Shown: positions 55,175-64,000 of the stretch, piece by piece
Position numbering within the stretch: the stretch's first letter is position 1
How the letters are laid out: the number at the start of each line of letters is the position of its first letter
Origin: Oikopleura dioica
Lineage: Eukaryota > Animalia > Chordata
Assembly: GCA_907165135.1 (NCBI GenBank)
Contig: OU015568.1
Coordinates: forward strand, 12,772,001 to 12,836,000
Direction: 5' to 3'
DNA: 64,000 nt
Position numbers and translations under genes: made by a program
Notes under the pieces: model-generated
Told to the model about the DNA's origin: nothing
Seen by the model: the letters and a program-made list of their open reading frames with translations, nothing else
Databases searched by the model: none

Positions 55175-58100
55175 CTACATTCGTTGAAATCTGTAAATAG
55201 GTTTACGTCTAGCGTAGCAACAGCGGCAGTTAAAACCACAGTAGAACCATAGGAGAATAGAAGTAGATGCCGTCCAGAGGAAAATACAGAAATAAGTGTC
55301 TAGGACTGAAAAGCCGATGAACTGGAACTCCTCTTCAACTTCTTTGCGAATTTGGTTCATTTTTGCAAGCTCCGCAAAGAGCTTAATTGGAACATAAATA
55401 AAAGAAAATGAAAAGAAAATCTTACCACTGTCCGATGAGAAAGAGGAATTTCAGGATCTTTCGATAACTCGTCAATTATTTTCATATCCTGGTTCTCTCT
55501 CGCCATCTTGCTCTTCCGATAAATCAAAAAGGCTTCAACCTTTTTCTTTAGCATTCGAATTTTGTCTTCCAGCGTCGCATGCGGATTATTGTTCAAAATG
55601 TGATCGATTTCGTTCGCGTCGTAGCCAATTTTATGTAGCTCTTTGAACAAATCTTCGAGGGTTGTCTGGCGAGATTCTTCGTGTCGTTCGTGAGCGAAGC
55701 TTTTCAGGTCTACTTTTGGCGGTTCTGTTGTTCGCGCCAGCTCCTTTTCGTGCTCCACCATCCATCTGAAAGTTAAAAGTTATTCTCGACATAAGGATAA
55801 CTGCCCATAATGGTAAGGAGTTTATTTATGCAGTGGGTTATATGATCAATACAGAAAATATCATTAGGCTCGAAGAAAGACTGAAGGAAATCGGGTTTCA
55901 TGAAAAAGGTATTTATAAAATTTGAATTGAACTAGAGTTGATGAGAAAACTTTCGGTAATGGCGCTTTAATCTGGTCCGAATACGATACGATCGCCAAAG
56001 AAACATCGACCCAATGACGCAAACGACAAAGAAGAACCAGGCTAAGCCCTTGTGGCTTCTGAATAAGCGTGGTCAGCTCGATACCCTTCACCCAATAATA
56101 ATAAAGGTATTCTCTTTATTCCGTTTTTCAGAAAAAATTAACCAAAAAGGATTCACCAATAAAAATACTCAATAAACTTACTTTGGCTTATCTTTGATAG
56201 CTTCAACAACTTCATCAGCATCATCTTCCATTCTATCATTATCCACCATTTTCTCACCATCAGCGAGGACAAGGTTTTCTTTAGAATAATGAAAGTCAAG
56301 ATATTTGAGCGTTTCTTCCATTTGAAAGTCATCCGCTGTCTTGCAGAATACGCATTCTTCGCCAGATGGATACTGCATCTTTGGGAATTTCGGATCCTCG
56401 GAAGGCTCACCAGCGAGCCTTGCGTTCACTATAAGCGATGTAAGAACCGAAAACAAGAAAAAAGAAATGTTAAAAAATATCAACCACCGAAAACAATCAA
56501 CCTGAGAATGGGTAATCAAAGGACAACTAAAATTTTAGAAAATTTTGAATCACATCATAATCCGTACCAGAATTATGCAGCTCCCAAAGCCATTTCACAC
56601 CCGAGTTGTGATCGGTTACTCCAGCAAGTGGGAATTGCTCGATTTCCTTTTTGAAATTTTCTCGGCACTCAAGGCACGAGAAGTGATTGAGAATCATTTC
56701 TGACATCGCTTCTGCGAAGGTGGAAGCTTGTTCGTCTGAAGCCAGACTCGCGAAAAGATGAAAGGAGGTCCACAAGCCGCATGTGTAGCCTCTTAGATTT
56801 TCGACACTAGAATGGTATAACAGAGATGAATTGGGAAAGAAGGAACTTACCTAGGTGTACAAGCAGCGTATGATAAAGTTGGCTGAGATCCTTGAAGCTT
56901 TGTCAATCCAGCTTTATCAAGGTATCCTATCCATTCCTTTCGTTTTCTTATCTTCGAGACTGTCTCCAGCTCTGATGATAAGTTTCGAAGGTCCACATCT
57001 ATGCTTCGACTAAAAGTTTGTGTTGGCAAAACAAAATCAGCTTCAAAAACGTACCTTGTCGGCGGATAAAGTTGGGAAACAATTTTGACATATTTTTTTA
57101 TTGCACTAAGCGCTTCTCCTTCCAGTGGGAAGCTACTGACATCGTAAAAAAGCAACTGAAGAAGAGCGGATTCAATATCTTGTAGGTAAACTTTGCTTTG
57201 ATCATATTTCGCCCAGGCATCGTCGTTTGCAGCGGCAGCGCTTTTCAGAGATGATGCAACGACGACATTTTTCCAGGAATATTTTTCGGTTTTGAGAGTT
57301 GAAGAAAGAAGCTCGAGGACTTCGGCGCGTGATGTTGCGTCTGATAGTTCGATTTTCTAGGAATTTTATAAAGAAAATGATTAGTAAGAATGTGACTCAC
57401 CATTTTCACTGCGTCCTTCTCAAGGATTAATAAGATGGCTCCTTTAGTTTCTGGCCATTTTTTCACCGAAGCTTCATCTGTCAATCTTATAGAGATTTCA
57501 GAGAGAGAGGTCAAATCAGCAAGTAGATCCATCGTTGAACCATCAGCAAGTGCCATATCTAAGATTACGAGTATAGTTAAAAATAATCAATGCTTCGATA
57601 ATTCTACCAGAAGGAGCAGCAACTAATGCGGTGAAAATGCCATCCTCTGAATTTTGTTCGACGACATCATTAACAGCAGCCCCTTCAATTTTTTCAAGAG
57701 ATAAGAATCTCCCAAGACCATTTTCATGGGCAACATTTTTTTCTAGCGCGATTTTCAGTGCTTCTTCTTTAAGAGCGGCTGTGGATCGAGCTTCGAGCGT
57801 ATTTTCTTTTTGATCGTAGAGTCTGTCGTTTGGCAGGAAGTATTTCATCGTTGGAAAGCCTTCGAAAAGGGATGATAAAAAATCAAATGAAGGCAGCGAT
57901 TACCATGAACTTGATTCTCTCGGCAGATATCGCCATTATCTGGATTTCCGCAATCGATTACACCAAGTTTGACGAGTTTTCCCCAATCTTTGATTTCCTT
58001 TGCGAATTCTTTAATTGTCGGTGCGAAATGGACACAATGGCCACACCAGGAGGCGTAAAATTCGACGATCCAGAACTGATTCTTCTCCTCTTGAGCTTCT

Positions 58101-58267
58101 AGCGTTTCTTTGAATGTCTCCTGAATAATTCTTGTTTCTCTCTATCTTCGAATAGTTCTGTTTACCTGAGTAAGAATTTGGACGAAATCTGTGTCTTCTT
58201 CATAAAGACCCTTCGCTGGAAGACTTCCTCCAAAAGAAATGAAGGCAAGAAAGAGTAATTTTAACAT
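55175..58267 (-). CDS. QSOX: Quiescin sulfhydryl oxidase
   Basis: Signal peptide MLKLLFLAFISFGG; Trx EFYASWCGHC; ERV domain YTCGLWTSFH, FSCLECRENF, WLWELHN, KMQYPS..CVFC; terminal TM GFSVLDTYFC like QSOX1 GFSYLDISLC. Confidence 0.9.
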
Positions 58268-58324
58268 CTACACGACTAATACGACTCCATTCTAAACAAA
58301 AAATACTTCAATATTTGAACGATA

Positions 58325-60590
58325 TCAACTGTTTTGATATTCCAGCGTTCTTCTTTCAAACTCCCATCGCTCCGGGCCGAATTTGAAATTTTCGTTGTCG
58401 TAGAACTCTGCTGTCGTTTCATCAGATAAATCAACTGAATATCAATCAAATTTGAATTGAAGCAAAAACGTCTTACCTTCAGGCGTGAGTTCGGGATTGG
58501 CATTTGTAACTCGCCGATTTAAATGATCAAGTAATAAATTAAAGGGAGGCAATTTCTCTAAATATTCTTCAGTTCCACTGACTAGCGGCATCGACTTCAA
58601 AACCAAGCATCTTCCGTGTCTGCTTGATTCGAAATAGATACCATCGACGTCTTGAATGAATTGCTCCGTGTTATGAGGTAGAGATCCGTCTGGCGATCCA
58701 GAGGCTTCTTGTTTTGCAAAGTCAAATAGAATCGAATTGCCAGATTCTTTGACATCGTACATTTCCCTGCTCAGATATTTCTGAGGTATTTTGATTACTG
58801 TTGGAAAATGGCCTTTGTTTACGAAGCGCTTTTCTAGGTTCCATTTCGACATGAAGTTCATCAATTCAACTAAACATCAAAATAGGCTTTTTATACACTT
58901 ATGAGCAAATTTTACCAATAACGCATCTTGTATCTGGCTCCCAATAAATATTTTTCACCAGGGGCGTTATATATTGAAAATAATAAAGGGCTCCAGTAAT
59001 TAAGTGCGAAGCTAGCCATAAGGAGCAAAAGACCACTGGATCCATCGATAAAACTGCGGATAATGAAGCAGGAGTTCCCATCGCCAGTTTTGTCAAGCCA
59101 AAAAGAGGCATTAGATTGAGAGATGCAGCTGTAGCAACGCTTGCTAGGCCGATATTATTGAAGAGCTTCAATTTTTGATTCCAGCGCTTGCTTCCTCCAG
59201 CGAGGGGCGCGACCTTCCAGCGATTGTACCAACTTTCATGACGAACGCCGGTATATATGCGACTGTGGTGACCACTTCGTTGCAGGAAAACAAGCTCGTG
59301 CTCTGTGCATTTATCGGGGGCGAGGATTCCATTTGAGCCAACGCCGAATCCTAAGATTATTTTTAGAGACCATAAGCAAGAGAATCATTAGACGATCTGG
59401 GATATTTTTTTGGTTCAAATTCCAGGCAATGACGACAAAAAGTTTTATAGAACCCGCCAGTTCTGCTTCTGACTTCTGGTGATGTAACACAACCTCAGTC
59501 AATCCGAGCCCACAAATTCAGTTTCAATAAGAAAAACCTCCGAAAAACATCGGAGAAATGTTGCCACCAATAACACGGATGAGATATCAACTGATCCTTT
59601 CATGTTTATGATTGAAATCGTTGATTGCATGAAACAGGGGTGGATGATATCAACCCATTTTTTAAATTTGGCGACCCGTTCATTTCGACATTTCAAAAAT
59701 TTGGTATGAAGTCTGATCTCTGTAAGACGCGACCCCTACCTTCATAATTATTGAGCATCGACATCGGCGTCTTCCTTATAAATTCCGCGCCCTCTTGCTC
59801 TTTCAACCAAACTTGAAAGTCCGCATTTTCTTTAACCCATCTTTTGGTCGCATGTTTCGATCTGGGAGCGTCGATTCTTCCGGATCTTCCATAATCAGTC
59901 TCCACATTAGGCTTGACTAAATCTGTGATATCGTAATTTTCGAAGGAGTCGAAGTTATAGAAAGCTGGTTGACTTGGTTTGTAAATTCCTTTCTTTAGCT
60001 GATCAGGACGGGAGAGCTAGGAAGAATGAATTATAAGAGGAAAGAAGCGTTTCAAACTTACCAGTCTTGTTTCTGGAGCGAGTTGAAGCTTTATTAAATC
60101 GGGAGCGGATTTCTGTAGAATTCTGTATTTATAGAGCTTCGGATCCGAGCGGTAGAGCTCCCGAGTCATTCCATGCTCGAAACCGGTAAGTGCTTTTTCC
60201 ACATTTTGAGTTTTCCCAACGAGGGAGGAGCTCGATCTCACGCATTTGTACATTTTTACGACTTCAATGCATCATTTCTAAAACAGAAAAAGTCTTATTT
60301 TTCTACCTAAAAAATTACCCTTCAGTACCGGAAGATTCTCGATATTCTCTCTTAACGAGAGTCTCGTTAGATAAACAAATCTCTTCAAGTCTTTCAAAAG
60401 ATTGGGATGGCATTTCCAGAAAATAAGATGGATCAAACCAGTTTGCCTCCTTTTGTTATAAATTTCACATGAGAAGGGATAATGCATGTGATGTTCTCTG
60501 TGTTTTGTTCGTGAGCGCGGGGTAGTTTCCGACTCAGTCGTCGATTTTGAATCCGCTGACACAAAAATAGTTTGGCTCCGGCTGTAAAAG
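58325..60590 (-). CDS. Mitochondrial-type gene: TMEM70/TMEM186-family module (58325-59350) preceded by a module weakly like mL37/mL65; one fused gene or two abutting genes
   Basis: C-terminal part has two hydrophobic segments then LVKNIYWEPDTRCVIVELMNF (TMEM70/186 pattern) and ends YQNS*. Upstream exons show only weak by-eye similarity to MRPL37 (LLKDLKRFVYLTRL..IENLP). Confidence 0.45.
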
Positions 60591-60889
60591 TGATTTCATT
60601 GTAGATCAGTTATAATTTATGGAAAAAGTCGTATAACTGATTGTCTACTCAGAATAATTAATAAAACAATATGTGAAAACGTTCACGTGTTAAACCACTA
60701 ACGAGAGGGTACCGTGTTAACGAGACCGAACCGGTAGAAGTTATTGTTAACTGCTGAAATAAAATAATGAGACGGGAGCCTTCGTTTTGGTTTAATAAGA
60801 AATTATATTTTGGGTAATTATGATATAAAAATAATATTTGCAGGAAAACAGGGAATATTCTGCTGGATTCTTTTCTCCCAACTCGCGAT

Positions 60890-61944
60890 TCACTTGCGGC
60901 TGCTTTGGATTGAGTCGACTTGAGCTTTTAGCTGTTGGTTGTTTCGCTTGAGGAACTAAAATAACGGATAGCTTCAGTCTCCAAGTCTCTGAATTACCTG
61001 TAATTCTTCTTGCTGTCGGCGTATGAGAGCATCCTTTTCTTCCTGCTCCCGGCGGCTCACTGTTTCAAGATTAACCTATTAAAAATGGCAGTTACAAATC
61101 GATCTCTAGAACAAAAAAAGCTTACCTTGAGAACTTGAATTTGTTTTTTAAATGAATCAACTTCGTCTTGTAATTCCTGGACCTCTGCATGTTTCTCTTC
61201 TTTTCCAAGTTCTGACTGTAAAGCTTTACGAGAGCCGAACCCGTTCGCGGACTCGACAATTGTCTCATAGCCGGCCAGGGTCATGTTGATTTCATCTCTT
61301 ATCTGAAAGTCAGAGGATAGAACATTCTTGCGGTAAAGTTCAAGTTTTACCTGAACAAGAAGAGCACCAGTTTCGGTAGAGCTAATTGCAATTTGTCTGA
61401 TTAATTCATCCATCAATTCTGAATAGATTTCGCGTCGCGCAAGACAAATTCCTCGTTCTCGTGCCTAAAGATTTACTAGGGAAAGAAAGGGGATGAAGAA
61501 GAGGTACCTCAGCTTCTTCAAGTCGAGAATCCAGCAGTTTTTCTTTTGTCAAGATAGCGTTTCGAGTGGCCTGACGGGGAGATACAAGTTGTAAGAATTT
61601 CTGACCATTTTGCTCATATTCGCGAGGAGGAAGGATCTCTGAAATTGGATTTGACTATAGTTTATCAAAAATGATAACACTTTTACAGATGTCATAGAAT
61701 CAGATGGAGCGGAAAAGGAGTTTAGATTAACATGGTCAAATTTTAAAGTTATAATAAGTTCATAAAATATCTTAATAAAACAGAATTATTGTGCTTGAAA
61801 ATGCTCTTTACCTGCAAGTTTCTTTTCAATGGGAGTAAGGGCTGGCTTCAACTTTGGCGAGTCGGCGGATGATTTCTCCTCGTTGGGTGTGACTTTGACA
61901 GGCGGAAGATAGTCGATCAAGCTGATTTCGGGATTGGCGGCCAT
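60890..61944 (-). CDS. DNALI1: Axonemal dynein light intermediate chain p28
   Basis: EILPPREY, ARERGICLARREIYSELMDELIRQI, IRDEINMTLAGYETIVES..FGSRKALQSE, FLKRNNQQLKAQ*. Confidence 0.92.
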
Positions 61945-62054
61945 TTTTGGAGAACTTTGCTTTTCTCAAATCACCGTCGCTCAGAACTGATCAAAATTCG
62001 CAAAACAAAACAATCGATCACTGAATCTAGAAAATCTCGCTCAAAACTGAATCA

Positions 62055-62088
62055 GCCAATCCGAGCGCGCCGCTTTTTGTGACGTCAC
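62055..62088. promoter_or_regulatory. CCAAT box and palindromic CRE in the divergent DNALI1/MFS intergenic region
   Basis: AGCCAATC near 62054-62061 and GTGACGTCAC at 62079-62088, about 110-140 nt upstream of the DNALI1 ATG. Confidence 0.5.
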
Positions 62089-62649
62089 GAAAGAAGAATA
62101 GGGAACTTCTTTCATTCAAAAGATCATTTTCTACGATAACATCACTTTGTAAACTGGATTTATCTACAACTATCTTCTTAAAAATTTATTTATTGGTTGG
62201 GTTCAATGCGTAAAATTCCAGTTTTTGATGAATTTCTTCGTAAAATTTTAGGAAATCAGAAATTTGTCGATTGTCTTGAAAATCTATTCAAAGAAGAACA
62301 TCAATTTCATAGGAAATAGGTGTCAATACATCAAGAGTTGCAACTTGCAAGTTCATCAGTACTTTAGATACAAAATGTGTCATCCACAGAGCGGGGAGTT
62401 TGAACGCGAAGTTGAAGTGAGAGAATTTGGCATTCAGTCAGCTCACTTCTTTCATTTTTTTGTATCGCCTCGGAGGCGGCTTCTACCGAGTCTACCGAGA
62501 ATCTAAAAATAGTAACCGAGGTTCTTGTTCTTTTATTGGCCTTCTGATGCTTCCTGGGATCACTGGAACTGTTCAATATTGATTTTGGCCCTTCTCATTA
62601 TTACTAAGAGACACAGAAATAAAGAAGAAGTTCATTTCATTTGTGAAAG

Positions 62650-63953
62650 ATGGGGGAGGACAAAGAGGAAGTAAACAAAGCTTGGCGATGGGCAGTTTTG
62701 ATAATAGGAAGGGTTTGCTACTTCGATATTTGTTGAAGAATAATTATTATAAAACCTGTGATCAGTTATTTTACTTGGAACTGGAAATGCAATGGGATGG
62801 TTGACGTTTGCCCCAGTACCTACAGCCACAGTCCTCTATTTCGGCATCACAACGAATCAGGTTGATTGGTTTTCGATGATCTACATGGGTGTCGGTCTTC
62901 CGGCTGGCTTCGTCGCTATATGGATTTGTGATGGCATTGGTCTTCGCAAATCTACTTGGATAACTATCGCCTTTTATTTTGTCGGCGCAGTCTTGCGTGT
63001 TGGATCTCTCGGATTCAAGAGCTACGATGAAAACGGCGACTTCATTCCTTGCGAAAAATGCTTCCCCGTCGCGCTTATCGGAACAGCTCTAATGGGAATA
63101 AGCCAGGCGTTTGTCGGTGTTCTTCCAACTCTTATGGCTGCCAGGTGGTTTGAAGATAAAGAGCGTCTTCTTGCAAATTCGATTGCTTCGCTGTCCATTT
63201 GCATTGGTTTGATGGTCGCATCTATTGCAGCTCCACTAATAACAAAAGGACCGGATGATCTTTTCTTTGAAGGAATCTTGTTTTCATTGCCAGTTATTGC
63301 TGCGGCTCCAATTGCCCTCTGCATTCCTTCTGATGGAATTTTACCAGCGCCGAAAACCATGCCATTTTTTGACAGGCTCAGGTTTGCAAATGATTTTTCG
63401 CCGCACGCATTGATTTTTTTAAGACTTTTGGCATTCGAAGGTGGCTGGGAGTTCTCCGCCGCTGTTTTGCTTGGTGCAATCCGAATTGGCCACAACTCAA
63501 TGGTTCAAAGTCTCATCGTTCAGCTTCTCTGCCCGGCTGGCTATTCTAACATCTTCAGCTCGACGATTTGCGCCACCCTTATTATTGGCCCTGGGGTTGC
63601 TTTCAGCATGTTCCTGACGAGAATGATCGGCGGAACCGAGCATCATGCCTTGACTGCCAAAATTTGCGCCGCCATTTCAATCGCTTCGAATGTCGCTTTC
63701 ACGTTTGCGATGAAAGTTCCCGAGCAAGAGATACTCATTGCATCCCTTTGCGTTGTTTATGGAATGTCGACGCTTGTTCTTCTTCCGCTGGCTTGCGAGA
63801 TGGCTGCGGAAACTGCTCATCCTGTTGGTGGAGGCACCGCTGGAGGATTGGTAACAAGTCTAGGGGAGATAATTGGGCCGATTTTCATCTTTCTGAGCGG
63901 GCTTGTTCCGACAGGCTTTACACCAGAGGGGTCTACTTGCTTTGAAGATCAAG
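62650..63953 (+). CDS. MFS transporter of the SLC49 (MFSD7/FLVCR/DIRC2) family; 3' end probably outside window
   Basis: WRWAVL..NAMGWLTFAPV, VDWFSMIYM, CDGIGLRKS, LAARWFEDKERLLANSIAS, ELAAETAHPV-like motif; many TM helices. Confidence 0.85.
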
Positions 63954-64000
63954 GTAGACTGACTTTTTTCACTTGATTATAATTTTCGAAAGGTCAAGAT

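Noticed and set aside
55790-56030. Nested plus-strand gene inside the QSOX intron
   Set aside because: No consistent spliced ORF; the minus-strand alternative TM exon explains the sequence better.
58268-58278. 8-nt spacer between ORF 58276-58503 and the QSOX ATG
   Set aside because: That ORF is the wrong frame; splicing phase puts the real stop at 58325, a 57-nt spacer.
62220-62580. Possible small gene upstream of the MFS transporter
   Set aside because: Short open frames on both strands with no motif or consistent splice model.

Overview
Gene-dense eukaryotic (chordate-type) genomic DNA. Most introns are about 40-50 nt, genes sit in co-oriented clusters with spacers from about 40 nt to a few hundred nt, and AG acceptors abut many start codons. 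This architecture points to the appendicularian tunicate Oikopleura (probably O. dioica); the species is inferred, not proven. About 30 spliced protein-coding genes can be read: NUP153 (5'-truncated), LTO1-like, a Sulfotransfer_2 enzyme, HDDC3/MESH1, LYPLA1/2, CNIH4, DPH2, SLC35C1, ADAP-like, class II ARF, RACGAP1-like, CXorf58-like, ZC3H10, SLC39A7, GALK1, CEP290, FAM102/EEIG1, SAMM50, a 65-aa mitochondrial-type microprotein, RAP1, VPS39, a SETD4-like methyltransferase, two FAIM paralogs, ANAPC10, QSOX, a TMEM70/186-like gene with a long N-terminal module, DNALI1, an SLC49/MFSD7-like transporter and three orphans. Four non-autonomous TIR elements carry readable target-site duplications (TTAA, 9 bp, and two of 8 bp). 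No tRNA, rRNA, CRISPR array or autonomous transposase was seen. Most interesting: a RACGAP1-like protein lacking its arginine finger and C1 domain; a QSOX gene with three in-phase alternative C-termini; an 80-nt antisense dual-coding overlap; a MITE containing a copy of its own flank; a recurrent AG|A-ATG start context; and a possible mL37-like/TMEM70-like fusion. Gene names come from remembered family motifs aligned by eye, not from database searches. Exon boundaries are manual predictions.
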